Assembly (NCBI GenBank): GCA_963747935.1
Contig: CAVVGY010000010.1
Location: 3,783 to 67,782, forward strand
Origin: an uncultured Thermoleophilia bacterium
GTDB lineage: Bacteria; Actinomycetota; Thermoleophilia; UBA2241
Reading direction: 5' to 3'
DNA length: 64,000 nucleotides
The notes under the pieces were generated by a model. It worked only from the letters and a program-made list of their open reading frames with translations, was not told the origin of the DNA and did no database searches. Below are positions 28,511 through 38,732 of the stretch, piece after piece. The translations under genes were made by a program, and so were the position numbers. Numbering within the stretch: position 1 is the stretch's first letter; each line of letters starts with the position of its first letter.

Positions 28511-29610
28511 CTAGGTCACGCGCTCCAGACGGGGGTTGGGCCGGTAGCGACGCCCGACCTTGGCGCACGGCCGGCCCTCCAGGAGGACCACGTCGGCCGT
28601 GAAGTCGGTGTTGCCGCGCAGCAGGCTGCTGCCGACCCCGTAAGCGTCGGCCGGCACGCCCGCCTCCTCGAAGCGCCGGATGCGCTCCGCGTCGAACCCG
28701 CCGCTGACGACGACGTTGACGTGCTGGAAGCCCTCGTCGTCGAGCGCGCGGCGCACGGCGCGGACGAGCTCCGGCGCCACCCCGTTGGGGCGGAACGCTC
28801 CCCATGTCGTCCCAGAGCGAGCGGTCGACCATGGTCTCGCTCGTGTCCAGGCGCACGCCCCACAGGCGCTCGCCGAGGGCGCGCGCGCACGCGAGGCTGG
28901 TGGCCACGCAGTCGTTGTCCCAGTCCACCAGCGCCGTGACGTTGGTCTCGGGGTAGTGGACGTCGGCGAAGGCGACGGCCGCCGCCACCGTGTCGCCGCC
29001 GTAGGCGGCGATGAGCGCGTGCGGCACCGTGCCGATGCCCTTGCCGCCCCACCAGGAGGCCTGGGCGTCGGTGCTCACGCCGATGGCGCCGGCGACGTGG
29101 GCGGCGTACCCGTCGCCGGTCTGCACCCTGTAGTGGTCGAAGCGCGCGGGGAAGAACAGGATCGGCTTGCCCCGCGCGGCGTCCACCACGCGGCGCACGT
29201 TGCTGCTGATGAGCGTGCGCCGCGAGAGCGCGCCGAGGTACACCGTCTCGAGATGGGCGAACAGTCCGTAGTCGCCCTCGATGGTGAGCACGGTCTCCCA
29301 GGCGGAGAGCTCGTCGCCGTCGTACAGCGCGTGCACGTCCAGACGGTCCCAGCCGTCCACCCACGCGCGCTCGTCGCCCTCGCCCTCGAAGTGCCCCGAG
29401 CACAGGCGCAGCATGGCGAGGGCCTCGTCCATGCCGCCGAGCACGGCGCCGTCGGTCTTCTGGAAGACCTGCATGGTCACGCGCGGGTGCCGGTCCTTGG
29501 CCTCGAGCACGCGTCTTGGCGCCGTTGAAGTAGGCGTCCGTGTAGTACCCCTCCCGCAGCCTGTCGACGGGGAGGGCGAAGACGTCCGGGGCGAGTCGTG
29601 GCCGTGACAT
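28511..29610 (-). pseudogene. pncB: Nicotinate phosphoribosyltransferase; 2 frame breaks (about 29500 and about 28790)
   Basis: LREGYYTDAYFNGAK / VLEAKDRHPRVTMQVFQKTDGAVLGGMDEALAML...GIGTVPHALIAAYGGDTV...WGVRLDTS / ELVRAVRRALDDEGFQHVNVVVSGGFDAERIRRFEEAGVPADAYGVGSSL. Confidence 0.8.
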
Positions 29611-29682
29611 GCGGGGATTGTACTCCCCCGGCCCGGCGGCTCCGCAGGGCGGGGCCGGGCCCTCGCCAGAGCCGGGCGGCGG

Positions 29683-31354
29683 TCAGAGCCCGAGCCGGCC
29701 CGTGGCCACGTCGAACATCCTGGCCGGCGTGACCTCGAAGCGGAGCGTGTAGTCGCCGGCCGCGGCCAGCGTGACGTCCATGAAGCGGTCCGGCCGGGGA
29801 GTGACCTTGCCCGCCCCGCCCTCGAGCACCCAGTAGGGCGACGAGGTGAACTTGAGCCAGTACGTCCCCGGCTTGCTCACGCTGAAGTCGATGGACAGGT
29901 GGCCGACCCGGCGGATGGTGCCCGTTCCGGCCGCCGGCGACGGCGGCTGCGGCACCAGCAACGGCTCCGCCGGGATGAGCTCGTAGATGCGCCAGGCGCC
30001 GGTCTGCTCCACCAGCCGGAACGCCGGCGAGCTCTCCAGCAGGCGGGCCTCGCGCTTGCTCCACGGGATCCACGCGGACCCTCCACCGGCGAGAAGATGT
30101 ACTTGACCCCCATGCTCTGCAGCCACGCCACGTACTCCGCGGCGTCATACGGCGTGTAGAAGAAGCTGTTGTGGATGGCGTCGGCCTGGCGGTACCACCC
30201 GCGCGTGATGGGGTAGCCGGCCTCCGGGAAGTACAGGGCCTCCCAGTGCCGGCGCAGCGCCACCACGTGGAACCGGTAGTTCGGGATCGTAGAGCTCGCG
30301 GGCCGCCGCGAGCGCCGGGGCGAAGTAGGCGCGCGTGGTCTGCGGCCGCTCGACGGCGTTGAGGTAGTGGCTGGTCGCCGTGCCGAACTGCAGCAGCGCG
30401 AACGCCACGATGGGGATGATGGCGAAGTCGCCGTACCTGAACGGCCGCCGCAGGCGCGTGTGCCGCAGCAGGAGCAGCAGCGGCAGCCCGAACACCATGA
30501 AGAAGCGGCCGATGTTGTTGCCCAGCGGGCTGCCCGGCGTGACGAACGACCCCACGCAGAGCACCGCGTACACGAGGAAGAGGACGATGAACGGCCGGCG
30601 CGGGTGCGCGGCGTTGATGCCGGCCAGCCCGATGCCGACGAGCGCGAACGCGAGGAACACGAGGAGCTGCGAGGTCTCGTTGAGGTAGGAGCCCGGTTCC
30701 GAGAAGGTCCAGCCCAGCAGGAACCGGGCCACGACGGCCGGCGCGAGGACGGCGAAGAACACGAGGTACCGCCGCCGCGCCGCGCGCCGCACGATGAGGT
30801 CGGTGAGCACGAACGGCGCCACGACGACCAGCCCCATGGGGTTGGAGAAGATGCCGATCGCCACCGGCAGCGCGGCCCACACGGGGTGCCGCCGGGCCAG
30901 CAGCGCGAGCCCCGCGAGCGTGAGCGCCAGCGCGAGCACGAACGGGTCCTGGCCGTGGGCCAGGTACAGCGCCATGACCAGCGCCATGCCCCAGGCCGGC
31001 CACACGTCGTCGATCTTCCACAGGTCGCGCACGTAGACGTAGAAGCTGACGGGGATCGTGCCGGCGGCGATGACGACGATCAGGGCGCCCGAGACGTACT
31101 GCGCCAGCCAGTAGAAGACGAACCCGTAGGTGATGGCGCCGTAGCCGCCGCCGTACCAGTAGGTGTCCCAGAAGATGGAGTCGCCGCGGCGGAGGAGGAA
31201 GACCTTGTAGGCGTGGGCGGCGTCGTCCCAGCCCGGGACGCCGGCCCACCTCCATGAGCACGGTGACGAGCGCGACCGCGGCCGTGGTGACGAGCCACAG
31301 CGTGAGCAGGCCGCGGCGGGTGCGCAGCCAGGACTCGGCGGCCGCGAGGCTCAC
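29683..31354 (-). pseudogene. Large polytopic membrane protein (~555 aa) with a C-terminal soluble domain; GT-C / PTPS-related-membrane-protein-like (inference); about 3-4 frame breaks
   Basis: N-terminal path: LLTLWLVTTAAVALVTVLM / AHAYKVFLLRRGDSIFWDTYWYGGGYGAITYGFVFYWLAQYV / RDLWKIDDVWPAWGMALVMALYLA. At least 10 hydrophobic helices are present. C-terminus: YFPEAGYPITRGWYRQADAIHNSFFY...AWRIYELIPAEPLL...YWLKFTSSPYWVLEG. Its GTG start (31354) overlaps the upstream stop. Confidence 0.55.
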
Positions 31355-32728
31355 GCGTCCGGCGCCGCCAGCCGCATGGCGGCGACGAAGCCGGCGGCGA
31401 GGTCCGGCACCGCCGGCAGAGACGGGACGAGCGTGGTCGCCAGGCAGCGCTCGTGGACGAAGCCCTCCACCTGGCCCTCCTCCCCGCCGCCGAGCCGCCA
31501 CGCGAACGCCTCCTGCTGCAGGGTGAGGAACTCGAGGTCGAAGAGCTCGTACAGCGTCGCCTCGCCCTGCACGTAGGGGTTCTCTCGCGCCGCGGTGGCC
31601 TGCACGTAGCGCGGCCGGTCGTACCACTCGAGAAGCTCGGCCTCACCCGGCAGCACGCCGGCGAGCTCGTGCGTGCGTCCGCGGCTGTCGGCGAGGCGGC
31701 GGAGCAGCAGCAGGGCGCCGCCGCCCAGCGCGAGTGTGGGCAGGCCGCCGTCGACCGCCTCCGCGATGGCGGCCTTGAGCGCCTCGTTGGCGGCGAACGC
31801 GCCGAGGCGCTCCTCGTCGAGGAGGCCGGCGACGTAGAGGCCGGCCGAACCGGCCGGCAGGGCCGCGTCCTTCTCCAGGTGGAACGGCTCGAGCTCGAGG
31901 CCCTGCGCCTTGAAGAGGTCGATGGCCTCGAGCGCGAACGGCTCCAGCGGCGCGCCCCAGGCGACGGCGAGCTTGAGCCCCGTCGCCGTGGGCAGCGGCG
32001 CCAGCAGCCGGCGCGGGCGTGCGGGCAGGAACCCGCGCCGGGCAGCCGCCGCCTCGATCCCGGCGCGGTCGAGGTACGTAGCCGCCTCGCGGCACAAGCG
32101 TCGCCTCGCCGCCCTTGACCGGCTGCGGCCCGATCTGCCGCAGCGACCCCTGCGCGCCGCCGTACTGGCGCGCGAACTGCTCGCTGAGCTGCGGCGGCAC
32201 CCAGCCGAGCACCGGCAGGCCGGCGGTCTCCTCGATGAGGCCGCGCAGACCCTCGGCGCGGCCCTGCTCGTCGCCCCCGACGACGATGACGCCGGCGAAC
32301 TCGACCGCCCGCGCCAGCAGCTTGATCCCGCACGCCCAGGCGCCGACCGTGGCCCCGCGTTCGCGGGCGTCCACCACGAGCACCAGCGGCGCGTCCAGCG
32401 CCAGAGCGACGTCGAGCGGCCGCGAGCCCTTGACGCCGTCCCAGCGGTCGAGCGCCGGCTCGACCGCCACGACGGCGGTGAGGTCGGTACCGGAGGCCCA
32501 CTCGTCGTAGAGCTCCCCCGCGACTGCGTCGTCGAGGAGCCGCGGGTCGAGCAGGCGCGGCGTGCGCGCGGACGCGCCGTAGAGAAGCCGCCACAGCGGC
32601 AGGTCGACGCCGAGGAGCACGGGGCGGACGGCGCGCTCGTCCGCGAACGCGGCGAGCAGCGCGCCGGCGGCGAGCGCCACGGCGGGGCCGGGCTCGAGCC
32701 CGCACACGACCAAGCGAGGGGCGGACAT
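31351..32728 (-). pseudogene. Cobyrinate a,c-diamide synthase (CbiA/CobB)-like protein lacking the P-loop and the amidotransferase catalytic residues; one frame break near 32090
   Basis: Collinear with CbiA: LVLVVDARERGATVGAWACGIKLL..AGVIVVGGDEQGRAEGLRGLIEETAGLPVLGWVP, and the GATase-like half LKLAVAWGAPLEPFALEAIDLFKAQGLELEPFHLEKDAALP..GLYVAGLLDEE. The N-terminus is VVCGLEPGPAVALA (no GxGKT). TLALGGGALLLL replaces the YAECGGLMYL-type Cys motif. YELFDLEF replaces GHEFHY. Confidence 0.65.
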
Positions 32729-32852
32729 GACGGGCGTCCTCCTTTGGGCGTCTGGCTCCCGCGGATGGGCGGCGTTCGGGGCGCCCGGAGGGGATTCCGG
32801 GGGCCGGAGATAGAATACCCTACCAGCGTTTCGGAGGAGGACGACCCACCGC

Positions 32853-34692
32853 ATGGACCTGCGTGAGCAACTGCACGACGCCATGTGGGTACGCGTGCTG
32901 TTCACGCTCGCGTTGCTCACCGGCGTCCTCTGGGTGCAGATAGACCATCACGGCGTGGTGCCGGGCGAGGTGCTCATCGGCGTGGGCATCGTCGCCCTGG
33001 TCAACCTGCCCATGTACATCGTCGAGCGCCGCCTGCCGGAGAGGACGGCGGCTGCCGTGATGGTGGTCGACCGACCTCGTGCTGGTCAGCGTGGCGCTCG
33101 TGTTCGCCGGAGGCGCCCTGAGCGCGGAGGGCATCTTCTACGTGTGGCCCATCGTGTTCTCGGCGGTGTTCCTGCCGGCCTGGGCGCCGTACCTCTCGGC
33201 CGTGGCCGCCAGCGCCCTCTACGCCGGCGTCTGGGGGATGCAGCACGCGGGCTGGCTCTCCGTCTCGGCGCTGGTCGCCGAGATCCAGGTGCCGCCCAAC
33301 TGGATGCTCATCACCGTGTTCCTGCACATCGCCGCGTTCATGCTCGTGGCGCTGCTCAGCGGCCGGCTCGCGCAGGCGCTCATCGGCAGCAGCGCCGAGG
33401 CCGCCGGCGCCAAGGCCGACACCGAGGAGCAGCTGCGACGCATGCAGGCCACCAACGAGCAGTTGCGCGTGATGAGCGAGAGCAGCCGCGCCTTCCTCCG
33501 CCACCAGGACGTGAGCGGCCTCGTGCCCGAGGCGCTCGCGCAGATCTCGGCGGCGACGGGCTCGCGCACCGGGTTCGCGCTCATCCTCAACCACAACTCC
33601 GGCGACTACGAGGAGCGCGCCGTCCTCGGCGGCGTCACCTCAGACGAGGTCCGTCGCTACAAGGAACTCGGCCTCGATGGAAGTGGCGCAGGCCGGCGCG
33701 CAGCGGTACGAGTCGGTGACCGACCCGCAGGTCGGCCGGCTGCTCAAGGCGATGGAGAAGGACGGGTACCGCGGGTTCCTGGTCGCGCCGCTCGAGGCCA
33801 AGCACGAGGTGCTGGGCGCGGTCTGCCTGCTGCACCGCCCCGGCGGGGAGTGCCCGAGGCCGCCGTCCACACCCTGCGCGCGCTGTGCGACCAGGTTGCG
33901 CTGGTGGTGCGCAACATCCAGTTCAACGAGGAGCTCGCGCGCAAGAACGAGGAGCTCACCCACCTCGACCAGCTCAAGAGCGACTTCATGGCCACCATGA
34001 GCCACGAGCTGCGCACACCGCTCACGTCCATCATCGGTTACAGCGACATGCTGCTCAGCGGCATGACCGGCGAGCTCAACGAGAAGCAGTCGGCCTTCGT
34101 CGACAGCATCCTCAAGGGCGGCGAGTCGCTGCTCAACCTCATCAACGACGTGCTCGACCTGACCAAGATCGAGGCGGGCCGCCTGGAGCTCAACCGCGAA
34201 GCGGTCGACCTGCGGGCGGCCCTGCTCGGCGTCCTCCCCGTGGTCAAGCCGCGGGCGCAGGACAAGCGCATCCGCATCAGCACGTTCCTCCCCACCGACC
34301 TGCCGCTCGTGTGGGCCGACCCCGGCAAGCTGAACCAGATCCTGCTGAACCTCATCACCAACGGGATCAAGTACACGCACGAGAACGGCAGCGTGAGCGT
34401 CGAGGCGCGCACCGTGGACGACCTCGTGGAGATCTGGGTCAACGACACTGGCATCGGCATCGCGCGGGAAGACCAGGACAAGGTCTTCCAGCGGTTCACG
34501 CAGATCGACTCGTCGGCGACGCGCTCCCAGGGCGGTACGGGACTCGGGCTGGCGATCGTGCGCGAGCTGGTGGAGCTGCACGGCGGCGCCATCCGCGTGC
34601 AGAGCAAGCTCGGCAAGGGCTCCAGCTTCATCTTCACCATGCCGATATCAACCAAGCCGGCGGACCCGCTGGCTGCGGGCAAGATCAGCTAG
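32853..34692 (+). pseudogene. Sensor histidine kinase (polytopic membrane N-terminus, GAF-like domain, HisKA, HATPase_c); about 3-4 frame breaks
   Basis: H-box FMATMSHELRTPLTSIIGYSDML, N-box LLNLITNGIKYT, G1 VNDTGIGI, G2 GGTGLGLAIVRELVELHGG. The GAF-like segment is readable in frame 33677..34000. A GGAGGAGG box lies upstream of the ATG at 32853. Confidence 0.8.
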
Positions 34693-34708
34693 ACGGGAGG
34701 AGCGCAGC

Positions 34709-35077
34709 GTGGCCAACGCCATCCTGGTCGCCGACGACGACCCAGACATCCTCAGCATCGTGTCGATGTCCCTGGAGACCCAGGGCTACACCGTCCACAA
34801 GGCCACCAACGGCCGCGAGGCCGTCGACCTCGCCCGCGAGCATCACCCCGACCTCATCCTCATGGACATGATGATGCCGGTCGTGAGCGGCTACGAGGCG
34901 GTCGGCGAGCTCAAGGCCGACGCGTCCACGCGTGACATCATCATCGTCGGCCTGTCCGCCAAGGCGATGGCCACGGACATGGAGCGGGCCACCGACGCCG
35001 GCATCGACGGGTACATCACCAAGCCGTTCCGCATCGCCCAGGTCCTCTCCGTGGTGGAGAGCTACCTCAACAAGTAG
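34709..35077 (+). CDS. Single-domain (CheY-like) response regulator
   Basis: Intact 122 aa with ILVADDDPDI, LILMDMMMPVVSG and GYITKPF. Confidence 0.9.
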   Translation: MANAILVADDDPDILSIVSMSLETQGYTVHKATNGREAVDLAREHHPDLILMDMMMPVVSGYEAVGELKADASTRDIIIVGLSAKAMATDMERATDAGIDGYITKPFRIAQVLSVVESYLNK

Positions 35078-35157
35078 TCCTCCGGCGCCGGCCGGCAACC
35101 GTCGTCACGGTCGACGACGACGGGCAGGAGCCGGCGCCTCCGCGGCGTAAGGTTCAC

Positions 35158-35355
35158 GTGATGAGCACGTCGAACCCCGAGCCGCCCGCTCCGCAGCCTC
35201 CGCTGATCTGCGTCGCCGACGTGGACACCCGGCTCAGCTGCAGCTGCTACTGCGCCGTCTGCCCGTACTACACCCGTGACCGCCGCATCGGCGAACGGCG
35301 CACGTTGCACCGGCCCACCCACGACCGCCGCACCCTCAACCGCTTCACCGGCTGA
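35158..35355 (+). CDS. Small (65 aa) Cys-rich hypothetical protein with a DRRIGERR...HDRRT tail
   Basis: MMSTSNPEPPAPQPPLICVADVDTRLSCSCYCAVCPYYTRDRRIGERRTLHRPTHDRRTLNRFTG. Nearly every codon ends in G or C, which indicates true coding. The SD sequence is weak. Confidence 0.5.
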   Translation: MMSTSNPEPPAPQPPLICVADVDTRLSCSCYCAVCPYYTRDRRIGERRTLHRPTHDRRTLNRFTG

Positions 35356-35603
35356 CACACGGCGGACGGCCGCTCCCGGCTCCACAGGCCTCGCCGCTCG
35401 GGACGGCGCACATATCATGCTCTCCTGACAGTTGCCGATACGTGCAGTGGTAGCCAGCCCCCGAATCGAGGCCAGCCACGGCCCAGACACCTGAGCAGAG
35501 ACCGGGCAGGACGCCCGGCTACGACCGAGGCGTCAGCCTCGAGCTGAAGACCACGGCCGTCGCCGGCGTCGCCGTCGCGGCGGCGTTCATCCTCTTCGCG
35601 TTC

Positions 35604-36899
35604 GTGATCGACCGCGGCTCGCTGTGGCAGGTGGCCGCGGTCCTCCTCGGTGTCTTCGCCGTCATCGCCGTGGTGTTCGACCTCTGGGTGTACCGCCCCG
35701 TCAACGGCCTCATCGCCCGCGCGCGCAAGCGCCTGGGCGGCAACTTCGAGCGCAGCGATCCGCGCTACCGCGACGAGCTCCGCGAGCTCAGCTACCTCGT
35801 CGGCACGCTCATCGCCGTCTTCACCGCCTCCGAGGACAAGGAGTGGGTGTCGCAGGGCATCAAGGACGACCTCATGCGCGTGCAGTCGCTGAACCGGCAG
35901 CTCATGGACGTCGGGGTCATCGGCCGCGAGATGAACGCCGCGCTCCCGTACCGCGAGACGGTGGAACGCGTGCTTTCGCGCAGCCGCGCCTTCTTGCACG
36001 CCGACTTCGGCGCGCTCCTGCTGCTGGACGCCGAGGCGCGCGCCTTCTCGCTCGAGGGCGCGCAGGGCGTGCTCACCCCCACGCTGTCGGCCGAGTGCTG
36101 CGCCTACACCCCCGACTGCCCGGTGCGGCAGGCGATCGCCTCGGGCGACATCACCCGCGTACAGGGCCACGTGTGCACCCTGTTCCCCCACACCATGACC
36201 AGCCAGCTGGTGATCCCCATGCGGGTGGAGAACGTCGGCGACATGGCCCTGCTCACGACCGCGACGAGCGGGGAGTACGCCGACCTGCTCACCGGCGACA
36301 TCCTGATCGCGCTCCAGAACCACGTGCAGAGCGCGCTCACCAACGCGCACAAGTACGACGCGATCCGCCGCCAGGTGGTCACCGACCACCTCACCGGCCT
36401 CTACAACCGGCGCTACTTCATGAACCGCGCCGGCGAGGAGATCGAGCGCAGCCTGCGGCACCAGGAGCCGCTCAGCGTGCTCATGCTCGACATCGACCAC
36501 TTCAAGCAGTTCAACGACACCTACGGGCACGCGACCGGCGACCGCGTGCTGCAGACGGTCGCGCGGGCCATGAAGGACGCTCTCCGCAAGCCCGACATCT
36601 GTTCCCGCCACGGCGGCGAGGAGTTCGCCGTGCTGCTGCCCAACACGCCGGGCGACAACGCCTACTTCGTGGCAGAGCGCGTGCGCAGGACGCTCGGCGG
36701 CACGCGCTACACAGGCCTCGGGCTCCCGCCCGAGGTGAACATCACGCTCAGCGTGGGCGTGGCCACCTGCCCGCGCGACGCCACCGTGCTCGACGAGCTC
36801 ATGGAGCTCGCCGACAAGGCGCTCTACCAGGCCAAGGACGCCGGCCGCGACAAGGTCGTGCTCTGGGGCGCGGCGGAGCGCGAGCGGGTCAGGAACTGA
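35604..36899 (+). CDS. Diguanylate cyclase (membrane anchor, sensory GAF-like region, canonical GGEEF domain with an RxxD I-site)
   Basis: DHLTGLYNRRYF, DIDHFKQFNDTYGH, RKPD followed 5 residues later by GGEEF (nt 36612-36626), and YQAKDAGRDKV. The in-frame upstream sequence (from about 35454) encodes another hydrophobic helix (LKTTAVAGVAVAAAFILFAF) with no canonical start codon, so the true start is probably upstream of the GTG at 35604. Confidence 0.85.
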   Translation: MIDRGSLWQVAAVLLGVFAVIAVVFDLWVYRPVNGLIARARKRLGGNFERSDPRYRDELRELSYLVGTLIAVFTASEDKEWVSQGIKDDLMRVQSLNRQLMDVGVIGREMNAALPYRETVERVLSRSRAFLHADFGALLLLDAEARAFSLEGAQGVLTPTLSAECCAYTPDCPVRQAIASGDITRVQGHVCTLFPHTMTSQLVIPMRVENVGDMALLTTATSGEYADLLTGDILIALQNHVQSALTNAHKYDAIRRQVVTDHLTGLYNRRYFMNRAGEEIERSLRHQEPLSVLMLDIDHFKQFNDTYGHATGDRVLQTVARAMKDALRKPDICSRHGGEEFAVLLPNTPGDNAYFVAERVRRTLGGTRYTGLGLPPEVNITLSVGVATCPRDATVLDELMELADKALYQAKDAGRDKVVLWGAAERERVRN

Positions 36900-38574
36900 C
36901 CCGCGCGGCGGCGGGCCGCGCCGCCAGCCCCATGCCCCAGGCGATGACGGCGGGGGGCAGCGAACCCCAGGCCAGCAGTTCGTCGTGGAACGCGCGCAGC
37001 GTGCCGCCTCGGGCCGCGTTCCAGGCATCGGCCAGGCGCAGGACCTCGCGCTTGCCCAGCAGGTAGCTCATCGCCTGCCCCGGCTCTTCGGCATACCGGC
37101 GGCACTCGAGCTCCGCCTCCCGCCGGTTCATCCGCGCTTCGCGCGCGAGGAAGTCCACCGCTTCGCCAAGGTCCATGAGCCCCAGGTGCAGCTCCACGTC
37201 GATGACCACCCGGCAGGCGCGCCAGATCTGATCGTTGAGGCGCATGAGCCGCACCGCCGGGTCGTCGAGGAAGCCCTCGCGGTCCATGAGCTCCTCGCAG
37301 TAGAACGCCCAGCCCTCCACGAGGATGTTGCCGCCGTCGGGCAGCCCGGCGATGCGCCGCGCGAGCGTGGGCGCCCGGTTGGCGCTGCAGAGCTGCAGGT
37401 GGTGACCGGGGTACGCCTCGTGCACCCCGGTGGTGCGCAGCGAGGTCAGAGCGTGGCCGCGCATGAGGTCGAGCGTCTCGTCCTCGCCGAGGCCCTCCGG
37501 GGGCGGCGTGACGTAGTAGAAGCCCAGCTGCCGCTCGGCGAACGGGCCGGGAGCGTCGTAGGCGGCGAAGGGGAGCATGCTGCGCAAGAAGGCCGGAGTG
37601 GCGAGTACCTCGAGCTCCTCGCCGGCCGGCAGGCCGGCGATGTCGTGGCCGACGACGTACGCGCGCGCCTCGTCCACGGCGCGCGCGTAGGCGGCGACCA
37701 GCTCGTCCCGGGCCGGCACGGCCGCCTGGGCCGCCGAGACGGCGGCCTCCGCGTCGGCGTAGCCGGCCGCGGCGGCCAGCCGCTCAATGGCGGCCCTGGT
37801 CTCGCCCAGGACCTCGCGTCCGTAGGCGGCGAGGGCCTCCGGGGGCTCGTCCAGGCAGTGTTCCCAGTGGAGGACGTCCGCGACGACCTCGGCGCCGGCG
37901 GCGCACTCGGCGGAGGCGGTGGGGGCCAGCACGTCCCGCAGGTGGTCGCGGAACCCCTCGAGCGCGGCGACCGCCGCGGCCGACGGCCCGTCCACCGCGC
38001 CGTCCCGGCCCACGGACCGCACGAACGCGCGGGCTGTGTGCCCCACCAGGTCGACGAGGCCATCGGCGTAGTCGATACCGCCCTCTACGGCGGCTGCGGA
38101 CAGGCCGGGCTCGAGCGCGTCGCGAGCCTCGGCGAGCAGCGCCGGCACGGCCTCGAGCCGGCCGGACAGCGCGGCCACGCGCTCCTCCGGCGAGCCGAGC
38201 TCGCGCACCAGCAGCGGGAACACGCCGGCGACGACCTCGAGGACGGCGCCGGGATGCCGCTCAGGCGCCCGGCGCAGCTCCAGGAGCCGCAGCCGGCGGC
38301 GCACCACCTGCAGCGCCGCGAACGCGTCCACGGCCGCGCCGGTGTCGGACGCCGCGAGCAGGGGCGTGAGCGCGCGCTCGTGCGCGTGGAGCGACTCCAC
38401 GCGCCGCCCGCGCGCCGCCGGCGTCCACTCCGGCAGACGGCCGGCGCCCTCCGTCAGGCCGAGCGCCGTACCCAGCACGGGATCGTCGGCGACGAGGTCG
38501 TCCAGCAGGCTCTGCACGGCCGCCGCGACACGCTCCTGCTCGCCGTCCCCCTGCCGCTCAACCGGTCCCGCCAT
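36889..38574 (-). CDS. DUF885-family protein (putative metallopeptidase-like)
   Basis: Intact 561 aa with HEAYPGHHLQ, EGWAFYCEELM and the family-typical C-terminus PGQAMSYLLGKREVLRL. Its stop overlaps the convergent GGDEF gene by 11 bp. Confidence 0.8.
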   Translation of the reverse strand: MAGPVERQGDGEQERVAAAVQSLLDDLVADDPVLGTALGLTEGAGRLPEWTPAARGRRVESLHAHERALTPLLAASDTGAAVDAFAALQVVRRRLRLLELRRAPERHPGAVLEVVAGVFPLLVRELGSPEERVAALSGRLEAVPALLAEARDALEPGLSAAAVEGGIDYADGLVDLVGHTARAFVRSVGRDGAVDGPSAAAVAALEGFRDHLRDVLAPTASAECAAGAEVVADVLHWEHCLDEPPEALAAYGREVLGETRAAIERLAAAAGYADAEAAVSAAQAAVPARDELVAAYARAVDEARAYVVGHDIAGLPAGEELEVLATPAFLRSMLPFAAYDAPGPFAERQLGFYYVTPPPEGLGEDETLDLMRGHALTSLRTTGVHEAYPGHHLQLCSANRAPTLARRIAGLPDGGNILVEGWAFYCEELMDREGFLDDPAVRLMRLNDQIWRACRVVIDVELHLGLMDLGEAVDFLAREARMNRREAELECRRYAEEPGQAMSYLLGKREVLRLADAWNAARGGTLRAFHDELLAWGSLPPAVIAWGMGLAARPAAARVSS

Positions 38575-38661
38575 GATGCCCTCGCTTCAGTTCGCTCGAC
38601 CGTGCGACTCTACCCACGCCGCCCGGCCCGGGGCAATCCGCGCGTCGGCGTCCGTACGTGG

Positions 38662-38698
38662 GTGAGGCCGGGAGCGGCTGAGCCGCTCCCGGCCTCAC
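38662..38698 (-). terminator. Perfect 17-bp stem hairpin between blaI-like and DUF885 genes
   Basis: GTGAGGCCGGGAGCGGC (38662-38678), loop TGA, GCCGCTCCCGGCCTCAC (38682-38698). Confidence 0.5.
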
Positions 38699-38732
38699 GT
38701 TCGCGCGCAGGCTCCCCCTCGGGGGCGCCGGA

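Noticed and set aside
35158-35355. Cys-rich 65-aa ORF as a RiPP or bacteriocin precursor
   Set aside because: No radical-SAM enzyme, lanthipeptide synthetase, YcaO, peptidase-transporter or immunity gene is nearby. The neighbours are signalling proteins, so a RiPP cluster is unsupported.
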